Shown: positions 23,425-34,269 of the stretch, in pieces
Layout of the letters: every line of letters begins with the position of its first letter
Numbering within the stretch: the stretch's first letter is position 1
Assembly: GCA_030390025.1 (NCBI GenBank)
Contig: CM059432.1
Coordinates: 4,464,001-4,528,000, forward strand
Direction: 5' to 3'
Source: Squalus acanthias
Taxonomy: Eukaryota
DNA: 64,000 nt
Notes under the pieces: model-generated
Told to the model about the DNA's origin: nothing
The model's database searches: none
What the model saw: the letters and a program-made list of their open reading frames with translations, nothing else
Made by a program: the position numbers and the translations under genes

Positions 23425-23780
23425 CTGAGGGAGTGCTGCACTGTCGGAGGTGCCGTCTTTCGGATGAGACGTTAAACCGGGGCCCCCGTCTGCTCTCTCA
23501 GGTGGATGTAAAAGAACCCATGGCACTATTTCGAAGAAGAGCAGGGGAGTTATCTCCAGTGTCCTGGCCAATATTTATTTCTCAATCAACATAACAAAAA
23601 CAGCTGATCTGGGTCATTATCATATTGCTGATTGTGGGAGCTTGCTGTGCGCAAATTGGCAGCCGTATTTCCTACATTACAACAGTGACTACACTTCAAA
23701 AAGTACTTCATTGGCTGTAAAGCACTTTGAGACATCCGGTGGTCATGAAAGGCGCTATAGAAATGCAAGTCTTTCTTTCT
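23425..23780 (+). mobile_element. Deu-domain SINE, 5'-truncated
   Basis: Core and tail match the other copies. Confidence 0.82.
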
Positions 23781-24585
23781 TATGGTTCTACAGACTGTGA
23801 TTGTAATTGGTCTTGGATGATTGGTTAGGTGAGACTTGCCTTGACTTTCCCTTCGAAGATGTTCAGTGACCTGCTGAGTATTCCCGGAATTCTCTGGTTT
23901 TATTTTCAACTCCCAGCTTTTTTTGAAGTTTTTTTCCTTTTTTATTGGCACTGTTTCAGGTCGTGTTTTATACCAGCATCAGGACAAGATATTAATGAGG
24001 ATATGCAATGGGAATACTTTAGAAACTAGGGCTAGTCTTTTTAAGTAGCTAGGAAATGTCGAACAATTTTTTTTCCCCCGTTAATTGCTTTCTAGTCATT
24101 ACTCCATTTTGTGTCGCGTTTTCTCCATTGTCAATGATGCTTCATGTAGTCTGCTTTTTGTGATAACAACCAGCCCGCTGTGGGCAAAGAATGAGTAATC
24201 ATCTATTACCGCACGGCAGTTAGCGTTTTCAAGAAGATATAATGAAATCCTAAGAGACCGCTTTCATGCTCTGAGACTGAAGCCCCATGTCACTGGCACA
24301 TCAATGTGCAAATGACACTGGAAGGCTGATTGCAGAACATTACCTTAATTTGTGAGGCACCGGGCTAAATGGTTCTGCTTCACTTATTCATCCAATTCCA
24401 GCAGCGGATGAGATGTGCAAAGGTGGCTTGTGAACCCGTGTCCACAGGGGGATTGTCTTGGTCCTGCCCAAACTGGTTTCACTTAACAGCCATCAAAAGG
24501 GAGGAGCCCATCTGTCTGCGTTAGATATTTTCGAGAAAATGTTGTCCTTTCAATAACCCGAGGACCTATTTGAGTAAGGCAAAGG

Positions 24586-25030
24586 TTGTGGCTCAGTGGG
24601 TCCGCACTCTCGCCTCTGAGTCAGGAGGTTGCGGATTCACGTGCCCACTCCAGAGATAAGAACGCAAAGTCCAGGCTGACGTTCCCAGTGCGGTACTGAG
24701 GGAGTGCCGCACTGTCGGAGGTGCCGTCTTTTGGGTGAGATGTTAATCCGACTGCCCTCTCGGGTGGATGTAAAAGATCCCGTGGCACTATTCGAAGAAG
24801 AGCAGGGGGGAGTTCTCCCCGGTGTCCTGGGGCCAATATTTATCCCTCAATCAACATGACTAATACAGATTATCTGGTCATTATCACATTGCTGCTTGTG
24901 GGAGCTTGCTGTGCGCAAATTGGCTACATTACAACAGTGACTAGACTTCAAAAAGTACTCCAATGGCTGTAAAGCGCTTTGGGACATCCTGAGGTCGTGA
25001 AAGGCGCTATAGAAATGCAAGTTCTTCTTT
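24586..25030 (+). mobile_element. Deu-domain SINE, full length
   Basis: Head gtggctcagtggg...; tail aaggcgctatagaaatgcaag. Confidence 0.85.
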
Positions 25031-25611
25031 ACCTTAGCATGTAAAGATCTGGAAGACTGCAGGGCGCATTTTCGCATCAGTTTTTCACCTGGAATTATTC
25101 TGTAAATTTGTTTACAGCGCAGTCCAGTTTGGACCCATCATTAGGAACAATTTTATGGTCAGGCAAATCTGTGGGAAGTTACCACGTATATTGTCAGTAA
25201 GATACCTGTTTGACTTACTTGTTTTTTTTTAAAAAGCTGGAAGAGCAATGATGCAGATATTTGGGGCTTTTATTAAGCATCGCCACTGGGAGCTTCCTCC
25301 GGGGTTCTCCCCATCAGCCCCTGTATCTTCACCGGAACGTCAACATAAACCCCTGTCTGTCTGGAGTTTCCGTCGATCTTACGCCAAAGTTACGACGGCT
25401 GATCAGGTGATCTCCGGAGGAAATTGCCTGCCGGCGCACATCTTTTAGGAGGGTGTCAGACTCATCCTACTATTTCATTATCCCAGTCTGCCGGATTGAA
25501 TTGTTGAATCTATATTGGCGAATCGCCAGGTGAGTCAAAATACCAGACTGTCTGCAATTGCATGCACGGGAACTATATGGACCACCTGGAATTATTGATA
25601 AACACCCCGAA

Positions 25612-26197
25612 GTTAGGAACATAGGAACAGGAGGAGGCCATTCAGCCCCTCGAGCCTGTTTAACCGTTCAATGAGTTCAATGGCTGATCTGCGACCTAAC
25701 TCCATATACCCGCCTTTGGCCCATATTTCTTAATACCTTTGGTCAACAGAAATCGATCAATCTCAGATTTAAAATTAACAATTGATCTAGCATCAATTGC
25801 TGTTTGTGAAAGAGAGTTCCAAACTTCTACCACCCTTTGTGTGTAGAAGTGTTTCCTAATTTCACTCCTGAAAGGTCTGTCTCTAATTTTTAGACGATGC
25901 CCCCTAGTCCTAGAATCCCCAACCAGCGGATATAGTTTATCTCTGTCTACCCTATCTGTTCCCTTAATATCTTGAAAACTTCAATCAACCTTCTACATTC
26001 CAGGGACTACAACCCTAGTTTGTGTAATCTCTCCTCGTAATTTAACCCTTGGAGTCCGGGTATCAGTCTGGTAAACCTACGCTGCACTCCCTCCAAGGCC
26101 AATATATCCTTCCTAAGGTGTGGTGCCCAGAACTGTTCACAGTGCTCCAGGTGTGGTCTAACCAGGGCTTTGTATAGCGGTAGCATAACTTCTACCC
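25612..26197 (-). mobile_element. CR1 3' end
   Basis: [24 protein letters not shown]; (CCTATGTT)-type tail. Confidence 0.88.
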
Positions 26198-26742
26198 CAG
26201 TTAGGCTCCAGCTGGAGTATTGTGTCCAATTCTGGGCACCGCACTTTAGGAAGGATTTCAAGGCCTAGGAGAGGGTGCGGAGGAGATTTACTTGAATGGT
26301 ACCGGGAATGAGGGACTTCAGTTACATGGCGAGACTGGGGAAGCTGGGATTGTTCTCCTTAGAGCAGAGAAGGTTAACAGGAGATTTAATAGAGGTGTTC
26401 AAAATCATGTGTGGTTTTGATAGAGTAAACAGGGAGAAACTGTTTCCATTGGCAGGAAGGTCGGTAACCAGAGGACACAGATTTACGGCAATTGGTAAAA
26501 GGACCTGTGGGGGAGATGAGGCAAATTTAATTTTACACGGTGAGATGTTATGATCGGAAAAGGCGGTGGAAGCAGATTCAGTCGTAACTTTCAAAAGGGA
26601 ATTGATTAAACACTTGAAAAGGAAAAATTTGCAGGGCGATGGGGAAAGAGCGAGGGGTGTGGGACTAATTGGAGAGCTCTTTCAAAGAGCCGGCACAGGC
26701 AAGATGGGCCGAATGGCCTCCTCTGTGCTGCATCATTCTAAC
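26198..26742 (+). mobile_element. CR1 3' end, head-to-head with the preceding copy
   Basis: [16 protein letters not shown]...LGLFSLEQRRL, then the 3' UTR. Confidence 0.88.
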
Positions 26743-27404
26743 GGTACCTGTGTTTTTGATGTTGCAGCAGCCAAATTAATCCAGATTCATTGGGGCAAGA
26801 TGAGAATGATGGGAGTTATAATGCCATAGTGTTTGTTATTTGAAATATGCGTCCTGCCAGAGAAACAAGAGGGGAGATATTCAACTGCCAGCCAGGAGTC
26901 AATGTCCTGTCCTCCCAGAACTGAGAGTGGTGAGAATGTGGAACTCGCTACCGCAGGGAGTGGTTGAGGCAAATAGTGTAGATGCATTTAAGGGGAAGCT
27001 GGATAAGCATATGAGGGAGAAGGGAATAGAAGGTTATGTTGCTGGGGTGAGACATTTTTGTTTTATTATTCGTTCACAGGATGTGGGTGTCGCTGGCAAG
27101 ACCAGCATTTATTTGAAGGGATATTTACTAGTCCTAGCCCCTTTGGGGCTATCCCGGATCAGACGCATTTCTCAGACGTTCACTTTCAACTAAAGTTTGA
27201 GGTAGCCGAATCCTAAAGATGCTTAATTGGATCTAAAGGTCTGGGCTATCTCTCCCTAAAGGAAAGGAACAACCCGAGAATGTTACCGTCCTCCAGATAG
27301 CGCTTTTAATAAGTTTAGCTAGATTGTAACGTCCCGGATATTATGAAGGTCCAGAGAACGCCTTCAGAATTATGTAACTCTTCACCAAAGAGTGTACAGA
27401 GATT

Positions 27405-28164
27405 GGGCTGGATTTTCATTGACCCGTGGAGGTGGGTTTGGAGGCGTGTGGGGGGTTAAAATTGCGAAAACTGGCGGGTGGGGGGTTAAAATTGCGAAAA
27501 CTGGCAGGAGGGCACAAGCCCGCCTCCACGCAATTTTCATTAAATCGTGTCTGCTGGTCCCGACTCCGTCCCACCTCTCAGAGGCGGGATAGGCTGTTAA
27601 GGCCCTTAACAAGCACTAAATTGGCTCTATAATGCCATTTTGAAAGGCCTTTGTGATTTTAACCCTTTTTCTATGTGAAGCACGCCTGTTCTGAACCACG
27701 AATGTGAAACCTGGTGGGAGCACATTTGGATGGAGATGGAGATGATGATGGAGGTGGAAGTGGAGGTGGAGGTGGAGGTGGAGGAGGAGGAGGAGGAGGA
27801 GGAGGAGGAATAATGATAATAATAATAATAATAATAGACATATCTGGGAGTGGTGGTGGTGGTGGTGGTGCAAAAATATCTGGGAGCAGACTTAGGGCTG
27901 CTGCTGCTCATTTTGCATCCAGGTCCTCTTACAGCAAAGGCCAGGCAGTCTTTGCAGACCTTCAATGCAGCAGCAATGATGACATCATCAGAGGTGACTT
28001 TCAGACTGAAAACACTAATTGGGTCATAGGTTCCCACATGCTGGAACTCAATTGCTCAATTAGATGAAAATCACATCAATCTCCCACATCCAATTGCAGT
28101 CGGGTGGATAACACGAAAAGTGGATGACACGACCCCAACCCGCCCCAGTATCAAAATCCAGCCC
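27405..28164. mobile_element. Harbinger-type MITE, family D
   Basis: Perfect TIR GGGCTGGATTTT...AAAATCCAGCCC; homologous to 55349-56017. Confidence 0.85.
27729..27870. repeat. Compound microsatellite (GGAGGT)n(GGA)n(AAT)n...(GGT)n
   Basis: Directly visible; the source of the spurious poly-G/H/S/I ORFs. Confidence 0.95.
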
Positions 28165-29049
28165 AGAGTTTGTGCGTTATTGATACAGAAGACTTATGTG
28201 AGACAATTCTAAAAATATATAGAGATTGATTAAAAGAACCGACATCCAATTTACAGTTGGTGAATCAGTCAATCGCAACATTAACAGTTCCAAAAACAGA
28301 AAAAATGCTATCTTATTATTAACAGGAAATCTTACTTTTAAATCTTAACTTTGCTACAGTATTACAGTTCTTAAAGTTTTCTATACAGGATATCCATCAA
28401 TATCAAATACCTTTGATCCCCAAGGTACAAAGAGTTGGAGACCACAGAGCCGCCTCTGTGGTCGAGAATCGCTTTGCCCGATTAAAGCGAGTATGCTATC
28501 TCATTTGAAACTTCAATATTTATACCCTTTTCCAGTTGTATTTCCTTTAAAGTTTCTGCTGATGCAAGTTAATTATCCCTATTCATCTTTCTGCTGACCT
28601 CTGCATTTCTTTACTGCTACATCAGCTTGTAATATTCCAGAATCTTGTCTTTCTCCAGGTTTTCTGGGTTCACCATATAAAACAGTGTGAAGGGCAGGTG
28701 TTCCTTATTTTATGTCATCTTTATGAGGGCAGATGTTCCTTATCTTATGTGCTATACGAAGTTTAAATTAAAGCACCTTATCCAGGGTGGACCATTGTTT
28801 TGTTCCCAAAAGGTCAGCCTGTCGGAGCCATGCACCCTCTGTTTCAAGAAGGTTATTTATTCAGGGTCAACAACTGTCTTATCTCAATAGCCAGAATTCT
28901 TTCATAGCTATTTCTAAATATCCAAACCCAGTTTGTCATGTTTTAATAAATATATACAGTAAAGTTCCTTATATAGTATCACATATTGCCCATCAGAAGG
29001 TGGCAGTGAGCCACTGCAGTTAGGGAGGGAGTTCCAGGATTTTGACCTG

Positions 29050-29360
29050 ACGATGAGCCACCTTCTTAAGAACTGAGTGGCTTGCTAGACCAATTACAGA
29101 GGGGAAGGTAAGAGTCAACCATGTTGCTGTGGGTCTGGAGTCACAAAGAGGCCAGACCAGGTAAGGACAGCAGATTTCCTTCTACTGAATCAGATGGGTT
29201 TTTACAACAATCTGGTAGTTGCATGATACTGATACTAGCTTTTTTTTATTATTAACTGAATTATAAATTCCCCAGCTGCCGTCGTGGGATTTGAACTCAC
29301 AGCATTAGTCTCTGGATTACTAGTCCAGTAACATTACCACTACACTGCCTTACCCAAGCA
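29050..29360 (-). mobile_element. Second SINE family copy
   Basis: Reverse complement of the 2113-2770 family (gggtctggagtcaca, cagatgggttttt, ctggattactagtccagtaaca); a further copy lies at ~44635-44925. Confidence 0.75.
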
Positions 29361-29689
29361 AGGGGTGGGAGAAAGCTCATGTGGAACATAAACACCGGTA
29401 TAGACCTGTTGGGCTGAATGGCCTGTTTTTGTGTTGTAAAGACTTTGTAATACTTTGCAACTGACGAGCTGTAGCGTGGCGCCCATTTGACCCCTCCTGC
29501 AGTTCATCATCGGATCACTTTGCTAATTTATTGCGTAGAAACATTTCATTCAGTTGAACCTTCAATGCCTGAAGCTTTCATACATTAACGTGATTGGCAA
29601 AAGAGCCAGAGGTGAGATGAGGAGAAATTATTATTTTAACGCAGCGCGTTGTTATGGTCCGGGAAGGGTGGTGGAAGATTATAATTATA

Positions 29690-30150
29690 TGCCAGCTGTG
29701 GCTCAGTGGGTAGCACACTCGCCTCTAGAGGGTAGAAGGTTGTGGGTTCAAGTCCCACTCCAGGTACATTAAAGCTAGGCTGACACTCCAGTGCAGGGCT
29801 GAGGGAGTGCTGTACTGTCGGAGGTACCGTCTTTCGGATGAGACATTAAACCGAGGCCCCATCTGCTCTCTCAGGTGGATGTGTAAGATTCCACGGCACT
29901 ATTTTGAAGAAGAGCAGGGGAGTTCTCCCTGGTGTCCTGGGCCAATATTTATCCCTCAATCAACATCATTAAAAACAGATTATCTGGTCATTATAACATT
30001 GCTGTTTGTGGGAGCTTGCTGTGCGCAAATTGGCTGCCGCGTTTCCAACATTACAACAGTGACTCCACCTCAAACAGCACTTCATTGGCTGTAAAGCGCT
30101 TTGGGACGCCCTGTGGTCGTGAAAGGCGCTATAGAAATGCAAGTCTTTTT
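29690..30150 (+). mobile_element. Deu-domain SINE, full length
   Basis: Box A TGGCTCAGTGG, box B GGTTCAAGTCC, core and tail. Confidence 0.87.
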
Positions 30151-31039
30151 TAATGTAGGAACAAAATGCTTTCACTTTATACTTAATCAAATTGATTGTC
30201 TTATAAAACCAAATGTATGCACATGATCAATATAGGTGTAATATTTGTGTCCTTCTGGAGATTTATTTGAATGAATGTTACCACAACATATTAATTTTAT
30301 CCAACACTTGCACCATTACCTTGTACAGTAAATTAATCATGTCACAGACAGATTCACAATAAAGAACAATCTCTCATTCATTATTATTTAATTGTTTAGC
30401 AGCCCTCCACGATCCACTGATAATGTATCGTTAAATCAAGTCAATTCCAATAATGTGATGCATCGCAGTCAATCTCTGGAAGGGGTGGCTGTGAGATTTA
30501 AAAAAAAAAAATCCTTTCAATTCCCTTCAAAAATAAAGGAAATAAAAATGTAATTCACAGTTGGAGAGGTTATATAGAAAGTAAACAGGGCACGGGAACA
30601 GCTCCATAAATAGGCAGTAAATCGAACTGTCACATTGATACCCTGTGAGCACTCGAGCTGAATAATGTTACTTTATCTGACAATTTACAGTCATTATATC
30701 AATTCTGTGTTGCTGCCGTTCCATGTTAAGCAGAGGGGTCAAATCGTGACCTCCAGTCCAACTCAAAGGCCACTTGCGACCTTAACGAGGATAGTGATCT
30801 GCCATTAAATATCCCACCCGTCCAATTTCGCATGGCTAATCAACAGCATCAGTTCTCAGCGTGTATTAGACTAATATCAGGTGGGTTTAAACAATATCAG
30901 ATTACAGTAGGGCAGCCTGCGAAAGTGCAGCCCACACAAAAAGTAGTTGTTTGTACAGTGGCGGTTACAATGCATCAGTTTCTGCTAAAGCAAGAACCAA
31001 GAGGAGGGAGCAATACCCTCAAAACACAATTCACAGGTT

Positions 31040-31453
31040 GAAAAAAGAATTTGCATCTATATAGCGCCTTTCATAACCTCAGGATGTCCCAAAGCGTTTT
31101 ACAGCCAATGAAGTACTTTTTGAAGTGTAGTCACTGTTGTAATGTAGGAAACGCGGCAACCAACAGCCAACAGCAATGTGACAATGACCAGGTAATCGGT
31201 TTTAGTGATGTTGGTTGAGGATAATATTGGCCAGGACACCGGGGATAACTCGTCTGCTCTTCTTCGAAATAGTGGCCGTGGGATTTTTTACTTCCACCTG
31301 AGAGAGCAGACGGGGCCTCAGTTTAACGTCTCATCCAAAAGACGGCACCTCCGACAGTGCAGCACTCCCTCAGCACTGCACTGGGAGTGTCAGCCTAGAT
31401 ATTGTTCTCAAATCCATGGAGTATTACTTGAGCCCACAACGTTCTGACTCAGA
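31040..31453 (-). mobile_element. Deu-domain SINE
   Basis: Reverse complement of the family consensus; its head abuts MITE 31454. Confidence 0.82.
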
Positions 31454-32346
31454 GGGGGAAAAATTCAGTCGCGACCCATTTGGGGCGCAAATATCGTCCG
31501 GGCGCAAAGATTAGCGCCTGGCGTTAATTATCGCCACTGACTGGAAACTTCACTTTTAACGCCCCGGGAGGTGATTGGAGCGCTAAATCAGGCGCTGCAC
31601 ACCTGTCTTAAGGCGCAAAGGCCGAGGAGTGAGGCGCTAACTCAGAGCGCTGGCGAAGCTCATGTAATGTCAGTCAGCAATGGAACACACACACAATGGC
31701 ACGGGCCAGTTCTTAAAGGGGATGGTTGATCTTGCTTTCCATCCACATCCTGCTCATTGCAGCCTTGAATCTCGGCCTGGAGAGACCTGCACATCAAATC
31801 TGCTGGAAAGAACAATGGAGAGTACCAGGCAAAGAGCTCAGAGTGCAGCCCCCACAGTCTCTGCTAAATCAATACAAGGAATGGAAAATCAAAATGAACC
31901 TGCAAAGTGCTGCTCAGTACCCAAAACTCCTTCACACAACGTTGAATCTCTCCAGAAGTCTCTCTCACTCTCTCTCAGAATGCGTAGTTCAAAAATGGCA
32001 ACAACAATAAAAGGCAGGAAGCGGTCACCTTTAAATAGCGCTCCCCCTTTCCCTTCATGACAGAAGAACGCTCCTATCAACCTGTCGTTGCTAGCGTCAG
32101 GCGGTAAGGCAGGGGGCGCCACTCAATATCCGCTCCGGAGCGATACAGGGGCGTTGCACACTCGTCTGACGTCACGATCTGCCGGCACAGGAGATCGTGG
32201 CGGTAGTGTTTAGCGCTGCCGCAAAATGTCTAGTTAATTTCGCGAGCGGCGCAAACTTCGCCGCGCCCGGTCGCTAGCTGCTTTGCGCCCCATTAGCGCC
32301 CTCTTAAGGCGCTAACGGGAGGCGCAACCAACTGAATTTTTCCCCC
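31454..32346 (+). mobile_element. Harbinger-type MITE, family A, copy 3
   Basis: Perfect 16-bp TIR GGGGGAAAAATTCAGT...ACTGAATTTTTCCCCC, TSD AGA. Confidence 0.92.
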
Positions 32347-32807
32347 AGACAGTCTTATTTTCACATAAATAATTGACTAATTTATGATTGGAATGGAGTA
32401 TACCAGAACTCACTCCACGTGAGACTGCTGAATGAAGTAACTTGCTGTAACACACCGGCAATTTACTGGAGTCATTGCAAAACTCCTGCCAAAAAAACAC
32501 CTCTCCTACGTCCCGAGTGGGAAAACAATCTTTCAAGGACAAACAATGTTTTTCTACGCCATGTATTTTCTAAGATTATACTCTGCAACCCTTTGGAAAC
32601 TGACTGTTAATTTACATCATTCAAGCAGATGCTGCCGGGATTATTTCAATCAATTCATACAATGCTACAGTGCAGAAACATCTGGCCCTCCAACTGAGTG
32701 AGATTAAGAAAGAAAGAAAGAAAGAAAGAGAGACTTGCATTTATACAGCACCTTTCACAACCTCAGGACGTCCCGAAACGCTTTACAGCCGGTGAAATAC
32801 TATTTAA

Positions 32808-33152
32808 ACAAAAGCAAAATACTGCGGATGCGGGAAATTTGAAATAGAAATAGAAAATGCTGTAAATACTCAGCAGGTCAGGCTGCATCTGTGGAGAGAG
32901 AAACAGAGTTAACGTTTCAGGTCAATGACCCTTCGTCAGAACTGGATAAAGTTGGAGATGGAACAGGTTTTTAAGCAAGTGTAGGGGCAGGGAAAGCGGG
33001 GAGGGGAGGAAAGAACAAAAGGGAAGGTCTGTGATAGGGTGGAAGGCCGGAGAGATTAAGAGACAAAAGGGATGATGGTGGTGAGGCAAAAGGAGATGGT
33101 AATGGGACAAGTTAAGAAACAAAAGATGGCAGGATGATCAACAGCTGCCAAG
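32808..33152 (-). mobile_element. Penelope-like element 3' fragment (family P1)
   Basis: Flanked by a 10-bp TSD TACTATTTAA; carries a hammerhead motif; homologous to 47010-47227 and 33440-33585. Confidence 0.75.
32907..32943 (-). ncRNA. Minimal type-I hammerhead ribozyme motif
   Basis: Minus strand reads AGUU CUGACGA A GGGUC AUU GACCU GAAA CG U U AACU: stem I, core, stem II, GAAA, palindromic ACGU stem III, UH cleavage site. Confidence 0.8.
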
Positions 33153-33256
33153 TACTATTTAATGTGTTGTCACTGTTCTAATGTAGGAAACACGGCAGCC
33201 AATTTGCACACAGCAAGCTCCCACAAACAGCAATGTGATAAATGACCAGATAATCT

Positions 33257-33585
33257 CCACGGATGTTGCCTGGCCTGCTGAGTGTTTCCAGTGTTTTCTG
33301 TTGTTATTTCAGATTTCCAGCATCCGCAGTATTTTGCTGTTGTATCAGTGTTTGGTTCGCTGCCAACTCTCTTCTAGGAATGCCCACCTTGAAGAATTTC
33401 TGCTCTTCTCTCTGACGGGATTTCCGTTTGTCTCTTCAACCTTGTTTTCCAGTTCTGATGAAGGGTCCCAGACCTGAAACGTTAACTCTGTTTCTCTCAC
33501 CACGGATGCTGCCCGACCTGCTGAGTGCTTCCAGCATTCTCTGTTGTTATTTCAGATTTCCAGCATCCGCAGTATTTTGCTATTG
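33257..33585 (+). mobile_element. Mini Penelope-like / retrozyme-like element with a terminal direct repeat
   Basis: TSD TAATCT; 33257-33342 is repeated at 33500-33585 (period 243 nt); hammerhead at 33451-33487. Confidence 0.75.
33451..33487 (+). ncRNA. Minimal type-I hammerhead ribozyme motif
   Basis: AGUU CUGAUGA A GGGUC CCA GACCU GAAA CG U U AACU; predicted cleavage after 33483. Confidence 0.8.
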
Positions 33586-34269
33586 TAATCTGTTTAAGCT
33601 GTTGGTTGAAAGATAAATATTGGCCAGGACACCAGGGAGAACTTCCCTGCTCTTCTTCAAATAGTGACTCGAAATCTTTTAGATCCACCTGAGAGAGCAG
33701 ACAGGGCCTAGGTTTAACATCTACATCTGAATGACAGCACCTCCGACAGTACAGCCCCAGAGTGTCAGCCTAGCTTTTTGTGCTCAAGTCTCTGGAGTGG
33801 AACTATGCAACCCACAACCTTCTGATTCAAAGGCGAGAGTGCTGCCCACTGAGCCATGGCTGACAATACATCTGTTGCGCTAACGCTACCCTTGTAAGCT
33901 TACTTGTGGTGTCATGAGGAGGCAGCACAGTGTTGGGACAACCGTAAGCAATTCCAGAATTAACCAGACATGCAACGTATTTCTGAATATCACTGTCAAT
34001 CAAACAAACTGACTTAATTCATGTTCCTGGCCAATAATGTACAGTGCAATCGATATTATGATAACATATGCTATGAATTATTCTGTAATTCGCTGTAGTA
34101 AGATTTTTTAAAAAGGCTGTCAATAATATAGGCCCTCTGCCACCTTAAGGACCTAAAACAACAACAACTTGTATTTCTATAGCGCCGTTAGCGCAGTAAA
34201 ACGTCCCAAGGCGCTGCACAGGAGCGATTATCGAACAAAATTTGACACCGAGACACATAAGGAGATATT

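Larger units (their letters stand above)
27114..28983 (-). mobile_element. Solo LTR, family 2, containing a MITE at 27405-28164
   Basis: Termini TGAAGG...TCACA, exact 4-bp TSD TATT within a LINE/SINE tail (accagcatttattgcccatc); homologous to 48091-49580. Strand is inferred from that copy. Confidence 0.8.
32705..33866 (-). mobile_element. Deu-domain SINE carrying two Penelope-like insertions
   Basis: SINE segments 32705-32807, 33153-33256 and 33586-33866 are collinear. Confidence 0.82.

Noticed and set aside
25262..25440. GC-rich fragment resembling another MITE (similar pieces at ~38265-38510, 43920-43985 and 57175-57360)
   Set aside because: Only one end or degenerate TIRs are visible and no TSD, so boundaries cannot be supported.
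27616..28067. Poly-His, poly-Ser and poly-Gly ORFs
   Set aside because: Translation artefacts of the compound microsatellite.
29690..29765. tRNA gene (box A and box B present)
   Set aside because: It is the head of the multi-copy SINE, continues into the SINE body, and has no convincing cloverleaf or poly-T terminator.
31680..32060. 126-aa ORF (MEHTHNG...) open in three family-A MITE copies
   Set aside because: Frameshifted in copy 2, no recognisable domain, and the low divergence of young copies explains the shared open frame.
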